Source of the DNA: Catajapyx aquilonaris
Taxonomy: Eukaryota
Reading direction: 5' to 3'
Assembly (NCBI GenBank): GCA_000934665.2
Contig: KZ538150.1
Location: 62,001 to 114,111 of the forward strand
DNA length: 52,111 nt
The notes below the pieces were generated by a model. That model did not search any database. It worked only from the letters and a program-made list of their open reading frames with translations, and was not told the DNA's origin. Each line of letters begins with the position of its first letter. Position 1 is the stretch's first letter. Shown here piece by piece: positions 1 to 9,154 of this stretch. Position numbers and translations under genes: made by a program.

Positions 1-34
1 TTGACATGCCTGGTCAGCTTATCTTATACAGTAG

Positions 35-418
35 CCTATATATAAAAGCCGAAGTTTGTTTGTTTGACCCCCCCCCCCCNCCCCCCCCGCCTCTTTTTCC
101 TACTGCCCCTGCACCGTATCACCTGGATGCTGTATCACTGTGGTGACGTATCACCGAGGTACCTCTGCACTGAGGTACCATGGCAATGGAGTCACCAAAG
201 CACTTTATGAGTTTACCATAGCAACAGGGTTATTGTAGCTACCGATATAGCATATATAACACGGTTTCTATGACATCAACAGTGATTGACTGCTGCTGAT
301 TCATTGTTTCCATAGTAACATCAACACAACACCATGGCAACAATGGCATTCAACAATATCAATGGTGCCATAGTAATAGACCGTTCAATTCCCCTGCGAA
401 GCACGGGTACCCTGCTAG
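35..418 (+). mobile_element. Non-autonomous Helitron-like element
   Basis: 5' CCTATATATAAAAG...GTTTGTTTGTTTG; 3' hairpin CCCCTGC-GAA-GCACGGG (391-407) followed by CTAG|T (415-419). Confidence 0.7.
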
Positions 419-627
419 TATTGTATAAACATTAGTTAAGAATAAATATTGTATGATCTTGGTCATTGGTTGTGTGATTTGGGGTAAATCTGGAACAAGA
501 ATTGACTACTACTACTGTATGTCTTTCATAAAGATTAATGACATGTTCTGGATCTATTATGCACCTGGCCCATTTAGGCTGCATGAAAACAATGTTAAGA
601 CAACTGGCTCTTATATTAGTGACTTGC

Positions 628-789
628 CATGTAAAAATCCCCAAAGGCTCCCCTTAGGCATAAACTCCATGACAATGTTGATACATCCTTTTGGACTAAA
701 AGCTGTTCCAAGATATTGCACAATGTTTTCATGGTGTAGATCTTTCATCATAGAAGCTTCATGAAGAAACTGTTCAGCAGTCATCCTCA
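628..789 (-). CDS. Divergent tyrosine-kinase-like gene, alphaC/hinge exon (gene continues beyond the left edge)
   Basis: tttcatttcag|TG-RMTAEQFLHEASMMKDLHHENIVQYLGTAFSPKGCINIVMEFMPKGSLWGFLH-G|gcaagt; in frame with the 3262-3403 exon; alphaC Glu, HxNIV and ExMxxGSL present. Confidence 0.88.
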
Positions 790-1310
790 CTGAAATGAAA
801 GCCCATCATGGTCACATGAAAAATATTATTCTGAATTCATGTACTGTACACACATGTAATGTAGTCCCACTAGAAATCAATCAGAATTAAAATCCAAGAA
901 ATAGCTGTGGTCTTTGAAATAGATATAGTGAATGAGTATGGACTGCATTGGGTAGGAATTTATCTGAAACACTTGTATTTAAGATTATTTCAGGTTTTAG
1001 AATCCCTATTAATATAAAGCAGAAATTGGTTCATATCTTTGTATATTTATCACACCTACTCAACCCATTTCTCGGGTACTGAGAGCACTGAAAATTTTCA
1101 CACCCATGTTTTATGCTTCCCTGAATCCAGGAAAAGTCTAAGGTCGGTTTTCAGCAGCCTTTGCAATTGCCTAGCAACCTTCGCTGTCAACAACCAAAAG
1201 TAAGGATCTTCCTTTCTCACTCACGTTCGAAAATAATCCACATTGCATAATCAAAAAAGAAAACAATATAACAACGGGCAGGTTGGCAAGAATTGCAGTA
1301 CACATCGCGC

Positions 1311-1484
1311 CAGTGGCGGATCTAGACGTCGTTGTTGGGGGGGGGGNNNNNNNNNNNNNNNNNNNNNNNNNNNNNNNNNNNNNNNNNNNNNNNNNNNNNN
1401 NNNNNNNNNNNNNNNNNNNNNNNNNNNNNNNNNNNNNNNNNNNNNNNNNGATCCCCCCCCCCCCCCCCCATAGATCCGCCACTG
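1311..1484. mobile_element. hAT-like MITE (contains assembly gap)
   Basis: TIR CAGTGGCGGATCTA / TAGATCCGCCACTG; degenerate 8-bp TSD catcgcgc / catagcgt. Confidence 0.75.
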
Positions 1485-2010
1485 CATAGCGTATTGTAGC
1501 AACAGTTGGAGTACTTTGGGGAGTGCTAAGATCAACAATATCGAACAATACAGTACTGCACAGTACAGTACATAACAGAGAACCTGCCACAAGGCACCAG
1601 GAAAAACAAAAGAGGATCAGTTATGTTTGTGTGTTTGGTCTCAGAAGTGTTGAAGTGATGTGTTTATGTTTAAATTGTGTTAACTTCAAATAAGGTACAC
1701 CTGACGGTAATATGACCAAGCGAAGCTTTGGCGAATTTTCCTGAAGCCCTATTGGTAAATTTAAATAAAAAAACAAAGTATGTACGGTATCTTGTACATT
1801 GGAACCTTGCTAGTGGAGGACAAAATAATCCGATGTATAGCTGAAAGGGAACAATGGGAAAAATATTTTAGCCCAAAGGTCTGCCATTTGACCATATTAA
1901 AAACATGTGATGTTAATATGGCCAACAAACTTTTGCTTGCCGAAAAAAAGGTTCATAAATATTTAGCAGAGTAACTGGTTTTTTGTTGTAACTCCTTACA
2001 TGAAGATTAA

Positions 2011-2135
2011 GGGCCGGTTTCACCGAGCTCAGTATATGATAAAACCAGGGTATTTCTCAAAATCCCTATCTATTTGTATGGATTTTCCTAAAGAAACCTG
2101 GTTTTATCATATACCAAGCTCGGTGAAACCGGCCC
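2011..2135. mobile_element. PIF/Harbinger(Tourist)-like MITE
   Basis: TIR GGGCCGGTTTCACCGAGCT...ATATGATAAAACCAGG and its reverse complement; TAA / TAT flanks. Confidence 0.8.
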
Positions 2136-2491
2136 TATAAGTTAGGTAATATAGAAACTAAGGAAAAAATGCAATTGCATGAGTACTTCACAAATAAATG
2201 CCACTGCAATAAGAATCGAAGGAAGTAAGGAAAAGCTGAGAATGGAAGACTTAAAACCACTGCAACTTTTGTTCCCTTTATGTCCTTACATTCTCCATCT
2301 GCATAGGCCTCTTCTATGTAGGTTTCTTTTGTTTCTTTCTAATATGGCCAACATGGCCATAATTGCAACCCAGACGATTTTACAGAAAATCCTAAATTAA
2401 GGTGTCATAGTTGAGTAATAACTCAAATCACAATGAGTGTACTGGAATAAGCATTAAAATGTGCATATGAAACAATCGCACAATTGAAACT

Positions 2492-2853
2492 TTTATTTTT
2501 TATTATTTTTATTATTTTACTTACCCCATTGGGAGAATATCAGCGCTCCTTTAGGGGGGTGGAATACCACCATTCTTCCATGTCAATTTTTCTAGTTTTT
2601 CTTCTAACTCCGGTGCAAGGCTGAAAGGACATGGGTAAGGATATGGATTTTTGGGGAGGGGACACAGGTGCAAGTACAATGTCTGAAAAGGGTCATGTGC
2701 AATCCCCCAGGAGGCTAGGTTGCCAAGACACCTCCTTAGGCGCGGGTGAGAGACCCACTGACGCAGGCGGAAGGAACTCCCGGGCGGGGATAGAACCCGG
2801 GACCTTCCGCACAGCAAGCCGAGACGTTACCATCTCGGCCACCACGCCTCCCC
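2492..2853 (-). mobile_element. tRNA-derived SINE, family A
   Basis: A-box TGGCCGAGATGG, B-box GGTTCTATCCC, A-rich tail; perfect 15-bp TSD cgcacaattgaaact (2477-2491, 2854-2868); second copy at about 44185-44522. Confidence 0.88.
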
Positions 2854-3261
2854 CGCACAATTGAAACTGCACACCAATGGGACCTGAAAACAGTGGCCAA
2901 CTTACATGCAGAAATTAAGAACGCACTTTGCTCGACACGATTCTCTCGGCAATATGGCAGGCCGGTGCCGAACTGCGTGGCGCCAAGTAATGATATTTGG
3001 CATCACCCCTCTAGAGACCTGTCTGAACACCATGCAGGCACTACCTCCAGGATTCCGCTGTAACTAACCGAGATACAGTCCATTGGCCATATTACCTTCT
3101 ATGGCCATATTATCATCAGGGACCTTATTTCAAAAAATTTCGATACAAAATTTTCAAATGTAATTTTAAAACCCACCCCGTACCCAGGAAGTGGCTAAAT
3201 GAGGCGTGATAAATAAATACATGTACATATATTGAGCTTTATATTAATAGGGATTACTCAC

Positions 3262-3403
3262 CGCCTTTCATCACTTTGATAGCCACATCTGTGCGACGCC
3301 AAATTCCTTTATGCACAGCACCAAAACTTCCCTCTCCCAACTTGAGTTCATAACAGATTTCTTTGTAGGATATCTCGTTGCCAGTTGCATGTCGATACTT
3401 CTG
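3262..3403 (-). CDS. Divergent tyrosine-kinase-like gene, kinase exon with P-loop and VAIK lysine
   Basis: tgtag|CAG...: QKYRHATGNEISYKEICYELKLGEGSFGAVHKGIWRRTDVAIKVMKG-G|gtgagt; GxGxFG and VAIK intact; phases 0/1. Confidence 0.88.
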
Positions 3404-3558
3404 CTACATGTAAATACACACAGGTACAATATTAGCATAATTATGGCATGCAATCCACTGAGCACTGATTATCCACTTATACGCTGTACATATAACTTAT
3501 ACGTATTGTTGGCTGTCCTCATAAAACACTGCGGTTGGTGTTATGTCTCCTGCTGTAC

Positions 3559-3850
3559 CGAAGCAGGTTGGTGTAGTGGTTAAGGAGTCGACTGCTAATC
3601 GGGAGGTCCTGGGTTCACTTCCCGGGGCCGGTGACCCTGATTGTGGTTTTCTGTGGTTTTCCATGGTCCCCCCAGGATAATTCCGGGGTCACTTCCGTAC
3701 ACAGCCGCTTCCTTCCCTCCCTATCCTTGGCCCCATCCATGTGTGAAGAATAAATGTCAGAAATATTGAACGTGAAATGGTGGTATTCCACCCCCCTAAT
3801 GGAGCGCTGATTCTCCCACTGGGGTACAATAAATATAAATAAATAAAATA
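3559..3850 (+). mobile_element. tRNA-derived SINE, family B
   Basis: A-box TGGTGTAGTGG, B-box GGTTCACTTCC, (AAAT)n tail; TSD tct(c/a)ctgctgtac (3546-3558, 3851-3863). Confidence 0.85.
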
Positions 3851-4739
3851 TCTACTGCTGTACATTTGCCCCTATTTCAGGTGAGCCGTAAATGGCGTAA
3901 AGGAATCAGTAATCTCCCTGGGTTTCTTATCAATGCTGTGCACATTTTGTTTAATAATTTCGGCCCTCATCTGTATCAACTTGTCAGGTTCTTTCAAGAT
4001 ATGGTGAATTTACTCAGATTTCCTGATATTGTGTTCTCAGTTAATGTGCAACCAGTCCTGCAACATGTTTATTTCTAATCCCTAACTCACATGCATTTTG
4101 TAGTATTATTATTATTATTCTCTCCTGTTGTAAAATTGTGCATCGAGCACTAACCAAGTTGTATTGTTTGTTTGGAATGTTACTGATAAGCTCATTTTTG
4201 TATTGAAATGCCTGATTATATGAGTGGGATGTCCCCTGGGAGGGCCACCAGCCCACTGGGTAACCAATAAATCTAAATCTAAATACTGTAGTTGGCAGAA
4301 CCCAGTAAGAGAACCAATAATTCATAATGCCAGGCTGCCTCCTGGGCTTCCCTACACCAAGCGCCTACGTACACTTAGGTTGGCCAGATAGATTTTGACA
4401 GAGTACCACATAAAGTTGTGTAAACTACACCTTGGAAACTGCAATTTAATGTAAATTTAAAGTTGATACTAGAACACCTTGTGCTATCTACGACATAGCA
4501 CATAGTCAGCACATGATTTGCAGTGTATATATGAAACATTCGCCGAATCAATTAGGAAACAGTACCTGCGCCTTGCCAACCCTTTGATTCGTTGTTTTGT
4601 TTCTGGGTTCGAAGTCGGGGAAGTGACCAGGGACCCCGGAATTAATTCCTCAAGCTTGGCCAGAATACAGATGGGGTCATTGTCATCTGCTGTCAGGTCG
4701 AATCATAAGTTGCTAGGTTAGGAACAAATTGATTCGGCG

Positions 4740-5070
4740 AATGTCCCGTATACTTGACATGAGCCACCAGGGCCCCGTGGCGAGGGGGGCACAGGAACGG
4801 TGGGTGGAGAATGGGAAAAGGTCCGGCAGGTGACGATGACGGCGGCGGGAGAGACGAAAAAAAGCGACCTTCACCCGCCGAGGTCAACAGGCAACTGGAC
4901 GTGTTCCACCCCCATTGCGCATGCTCGGAACGGGGGCCAATCGGAGGCGTCATGGTAACAATGCGTCATGGATACATCACAGCAACAATGAACGGGGGCC
5001 AATGGGAAGAGGTGGTGGCGACAATATGGGGGCGGACCAATCAGAGGGCTCGGCCAAAGTCCGCAAGCAT
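4740..5070. promoter_or_regulatory. GC-rich promoter-like island with three CCAAT boxes
   Basis: CCAAT at 4937, 4999, 5037; GGGGGCGG GC-box; TGCGCATGC NRF1/ewg-like; CATGGTAAC half X-box. Confidence 0.45.
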
Positions 5071-5156
5071 TTTAATATTATAGAAGATATAGATACATTT
5101 TCAAAAATTGGAGGAAATGGGAGAATAATAGAAAACCCATGCAAACAAAGACTATA

Positions 5157-5158
<2 letters not shown>

Positions 5159-5237
<79 letters not shown>
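5159..5237. repeat. (AT)n microsatellite
   Basis: About 39 uninterrupted AT units. Confidence 0.98.
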
Positions 5238-5239
<2 letters not shown>

Positions 5240-5339
5240 AAATACCAACTCTTTCCACAAGAGAATCCTTATTACTGCTCAATCTGAGGATTCTTTTTGT
5301 ACTGATGTTATAACTGAATGAATTAAAAAAGCAACTTAC

Positions 5340-5392
5340 TTGACTTTCTTTTTGTGAATCACCAGACCCAAAGACCCAATATGCCAATCCAA
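5340..5392 (-). CDS. 53-nt exon completing the putative TM helix
   Basis: tttttcag|TT-GLAYWVFGSGDSQKESQ|gtaagt; phase 1 start matches the 5542 exon across a 149-nt intron; phase 0 end matches the 3403 kinase exon. Confidence 0.65.
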
Positions 5393-5541
5393 CTGAAAAA
5401 TGACTATATTTTAATTTACTAGATCTAAGTCAGTAATTGAACACATTCACTTTGAACTTGCCAGTTAATCATATAAAGGAGCATACCGTACTATCAGTAG
5501 TCTTAATGCAGTAACAAGAAGAGAATAAATCAGCTTCTTAC

Positions 5542-5602
5542 CCAACAAAGCAACAGTCACTACCACCATACCCACAGCAACAGCTCCCTCAGAAAGTGGC
5601 AT
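5542..5602 (-). CDS. Start-codon exon encoding a hydrophobic N-terminal segment (probably the same gene as the kinase exons)
   Basis: ttttttcag|AATC-ATG; MPLSEGAVAVGMVVVTVALL-G|gtaaga; A at -3. Confidence 0.65.
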
Positions 5603-5989
5603 GATTCTGAAAAAATGCAACAACCTTACTTTTAATGTTGAATCGACGTATTAAAGAAATACAGTATATTTAGCTGCAGGACTGGAACATTGATAAAATT
5701 ACTTAACATCATAATAATTAAGGACACAACATATGCCACAAATAAGGAACACCATACCACTCACATAATTTATGTGTAGAGCAATAAATGAATAAATGTA
5801 TCCCAATATGTCGAAAATAAGACAATATGCTGTATACAGGTAGTACCCATTTTACATCATTTCACATTAACACCAGTTTCAAAATTCTCGCACATTTGAA
5901 AATTAATTTAATTGAAAAATTATGAAAAAATTGAAAATAACAAAACAATCTAAACATAAACACATCACTGAACCACTCGTGAGTCCTAA

Positions 5990-6159
5990 AGCAGCATTTA
6001 CATGTGAGCGATTTGATGAGCAAAGTCTTCGCCGAGTGGTAACATCGCTGCGTAACCCAAGTAAGCAGTATTGTTTGAGGCGAAAATCTATATTGTTACT
6101 TTCACCTCAAACAATATTGGTTACTTTGCTTGTCAAATCGCTCACATGTAAACACACCT
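5990..6159. mobile_element. PIF/Harbinger-like MITE
   Basis: IR ...TTTACATGTGAGCGATTTGA / TCAAATCGCTCACATGTAAA; TAA on both sides. Confidence 0.75.
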
Positions 6160-6359
6160 TAACTTATTGGCCCTCACTCACTACAGTATTGGTGCCTTAT
6201 TTGTTTTTATGGTGTATTATGGCAGGGACTACAGCATATAGTATAATGTACTGTACAGTGCTGTACTCAACTGCATGTATTCAGAACAATAAATATGGCA
6301 CAGTTCTCTCTCCTTTAAGCCAATCCCTGCTCCTCCCTAATGCACCATCTTGGGAAAGT

Positions 6360-6725
6360 CTATCGTTTATCCGCACCTATAGCGACGCGGCAGGGTTGGG
6401 AAGGCGTGGTGGGCTCCAAACATGTTGGCTACGGGTCGTCGCAAACAATCGGTTGCCGGGAGAGCACAACTTGCTACCCCTGCCACGCGAACCGATCAGA
6501 CGAGTGCTATTAATGAAGGAGGTGGGCAATATGAAAGCCATGATGGTTGCTGCAGTCCGTTAACCCAAAGAACGACACTTCGTCAAGAAACCGTGAAGGC
6601 ATTCGAATTTTGGCTGGCAGCAGTATCAAGGCCCACGATTGTTTGCGACGCACAGTTGCCAACCATCGGGAGGCCTCCCGCCCGCCCAACCCCGACCACG
6701 TTGTTAAGGTGCGGATAAACAATAG
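6360..6725. mobile_element. MITE with about 90-bp imperfect terminal inverted repeats
   Basis: CTATCGTTTATCCGCACCT / AGGTGCGGATAAACAATAG and inner CGTCGCAAACAATCG / CGATTGTTTGCGACG. Confidence 0.75.
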
Positions 6726-6798
6726 TTTATCCCCATCTTGCATTATCCTCTGTCTCGATCTCACCCAGCCCAGTCCCTGTAGTGGGTGAAATGATACT

Positions 6799-7020
6799 TT
6801 ATAACTGATATATTTAAGGAGGTTGGCCCAGCATTGCCTTTCAACCTCCAAGGATAGGGAAGGAAGGAAGCGGCTGTGGCCTATTATACGGAAGCAACCC
6901 CGGAATTATCCTAGAAAGACCGTGGAGAACCACGGTCAAGGTTTCCGGCCCCGGGATTCGAACCCACGACCTCCCGATTAGCAGTCGGACGCCTTATCCA
7001 CTATGCCAACCTGCTTCAGT
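6799..7020 (-). mobile_element. tRNA-derived SINE, family B head with a different tail
   Basis: GAAGCAGGTTGGCATAGTGG...GGTTCGAATCC head matches the 3559 copy; TSD tggg(t/c)gaaatgatact (6783-6798, 7021-7036). Confidence 0.85.
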
Positions 7021-7187
7021 TGGGCGAAATGATACTGTAGTGTTGTTAAAGTGCACGCATGAGTGAATTTGAACTGTTACAAGGGAAAGGAACCCTCAGA
7101 ACTTGATGACCCTCAACCTGGAACTTACCATTAAACCGTCATATTAAATGTTTCACACTTAGCATTAATAAAAACAGCAACATTATA

Positions 7188-7372
7188 CAGTAGACTCCAG
7201 ATATAACAGACTTCAAGGGACCATGGAAATTAATAATTATAACTGAGGTCTGTTATAGCCAAATACACAGGCCATAGTACATAAATGCATGACGGGACAA
7301 ATAACCTTTTGAGTCTGCTATAACTGCTGAGAGTCTGTTATAGGGGGGCTGTTATAATACCGGAGTCAACTG
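7188..7372. mobile_element. pogo/Tigger-like MITE
   Basis: TA|CAGTAGACTCCAG...CCGGAGTCAACTG|TG; repeated CTGTTATA subterminal motifs. Confidence 0.65.
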
Positions 7373-7523
7373 TGGTACTGACTGTGGGTAAACTGTGAAA
7401 ATTTTAGAACCTATCTAATTTACCTATACATTATAATTTTGTCTAATTTTACGCTGATTCACTTTATGGAGCTGGGTCGCGGAACCAATTACTACTTAAA
7501 ATGGGTACTATTACTAAACTTAC

Positions 7524-7844
7524 CTGTTTTATTATTAACGATTACATAAATAAGTCATGGACTATATGGAGCACTCTACAGCAAGCTCTACAGTATAACT
7601 ATAACTGCCATGGCAAGAGATTGACAGAGGACTTCATATACCGTAATCAATATTCAGATCTGATGGATCACCTGATAATAGAGGTTTCAGGTTTCCTATC
7701 AAAAGCATTTGTCAAAAGTCTCCACCAGAAACAAAGGAGGTGGGAAGAAAGGTAGGTATAGTGAGCATGGCAGTGGGTGAGGACCGGTGAGGACTGAGGA
7801 GGGAGAGGGGAAAAAACCTCATTTCTATATACCCTGAACTATTG
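7524..7844 (-). other. Candidate 5' UTR exon with multiple short uORFs
   Basis: TACTAAT branch site (7861-7867) plus gtgtttcag| acceptor; AAACAG|gtaagt donor at 7523. Confidence 0.5.
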
Positions 7845-8210
7845 CTGAAACACTCCTTGCATTAGTAACATCACATAATAAAATATGGATTGAATGCAAA
7901 TTTTTTTGAAAACAATCAATGAAGGTTCTTAGCACTTTCTTGGCAATGAAAATCAAAACAAAAACCGCAACTAAACTTTCAACCCGGATTTTTGCAGCTC
8001 AGGTATGAAGAGGAAAACCAATTTTTCAATTTTACATTTAACAACAACAAGAAGAAGAAGCAATAACCTGGGCTCAAATTTACCATCTCACAAGTCTCAC
8101 TAAAGCAAAGCCAATCGCCTGCCCTGTAGTGTCCATTTGACGAGAGTTCACGCACAATATAAAGACGAGACGAGGAGGGGCACGTACATGGAAATATGAA
8201 CAAAATGTAC

Positions 8211-8480
8211 CTGCTCTTATATGTATCCTTATGATAATGAAGTGTCAGACCACGGGCAACAGTATGCCACGGTGTGTCAAGCTCCACCGAGACGTGCCAC
8301 CGCCCACCGATCACGAGACCACTTCTTCTCTAATTTAGACCGCAACCAGACCAAGGGATTTCCCCGCGATTTTGGTTGATTTGGTTGAAGCATGGTGGGT
8401 TGAAGTCGTGGTTGAAGTCGAGACCTCGGATTCAAAATGGCTCCACGAAAAGTGGACCCGATAGCCATGCCATCTTCCGG
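8211..8480 (-). other. Candidate first exon of the minus-strand kinase gene
   Basis: CpG-rich segment starting near CCGGAAGATGGC, ending GAGCAG|gtacat (alternative donor ATG|gtaaat at 8083). Confidence 0.45.
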
Positions 8481-8700
8481 GAGGAATGGCCAAAGTATTC
8501 ACGATTCCACGTACCCACAAGTTATTCGCAAATGCGCATTTTTAAATAATATATGTAATGACATATAATAGGACTAAATACTTGTAATTTAAGAGGCCAG
8601 TACAGAGGGTGTGGGGAACGAAGGAAGAGACCTCGTCATGACACTTTTCCGAGTTATAAGACAATCTCTGCCTTGCCACCTGCCAGCCTGCTGCCAACTT
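8430..8700. promoter_or_regulatory. Putative bidirectional promoter (OST4 / kinase gene)
   Basis: Overlapping YY1/ETS-like GCCATCTTCCGG (8469-8480) and a second YY1-like AAAATGGC, between two divergent donor-terminated exons. Confidence 0.45.
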
Positions 8701-8790
8701 GCATCTTGCATAGCTGACCGGCCGTAGTCGTCTCGTTGTCTGGTATCTCTTCTGTGCTCTGTTGGCTGTTCATCTTCGTGAGAGTAGCAA
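8700..8790 (+). other. OST4: Probable OST4 non-coding first exon (start approximate)
   Basis: CAA|gtaagt donor at 8791 upstream of the 9132 acceptor; CpG-containing context. Confidence 0.55.
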
Positions 8791-9154
8791 GTAAGTTGAG
8801 CCAAAGGTCCACAGAACTTGCCTAGCGCTGCGACAGCCCGTAGAAAATCCGACGCGGTCATAGTCATGCAGGTCGTACCTGCCGGTCTTCTAGCCAAGTG
8901 TTGCTGAAGGTGTAGTGAGACCAGTGAGAGAGACCCACACACAGGTGATCCGCTGGTACCCACGAGCATGCCGATGCTACATCACTGACATCAATGCATG
9001 CTTGCATAGACTACTGCTTGACACACAAGTGAAAAGCGGGGCCTTAGTTGTAGGTCATTATGGCTAGAAAGTGTAATTTTGTAGGCGGCAATGCAGGTTT
9101 ATAATGTTTACTGACACTTTTCTTTCCCGCAGCTAGTTCCACCGTGCTGTAGAG

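Larger units (their letters stand above)
1688..3130. mobile_element. Old TIR DNA-transposon remnant hosting nested insertions
   Basis: Imperfect IR AAATAAGGTACACCTGACGGTAATATGACCA (1688-1718) vs 3102-3130; recurring internal AATATGGCCA motif. Confidence 0.5.

Noticed and set aside
1..12. ccag|GC-ATG-TCA resembling the start of the last Src exon (GMTN)
   Set aside because: Only about 10 nt visible at the window edge, and it would skip the HRD/DFG exons; not supportable
2230..2340. Minus-strand ...KDIKGTKVAV and 1700-1750 ASGKFAKASLG as extra kinase exons
   Set aside because: The 3262-3403 exon already supplies the P-loop and VAIK and joins 789 in frame; both segments lie inside a TIR-element remnant
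3559..3630. tRNA-like sequences (also 2780-2853, 6950-7020, 25275-25325, 44450-44522)
   Set aside because: They are SINE heads: followed by SINE bodies, several with A-rich tails and TSDs, and lacking a complete cloverleaf
3493..4057. Possible extra linker exons of kinase-2 (3493-3549; 4016-4057)
   Set aside because: Weak donor sites, adjacent to a SINE TSD, no motif support; left unassigned
4977..5387. ORFs containing (YI)n
   Set aside because: Translation of the (AT)n microsatellite; only 5340-5392 is supported as an exon
5922..6563. 213-aa plus-strand ORF
   Set aside because: Runs across two MITEs; no coherent protein features
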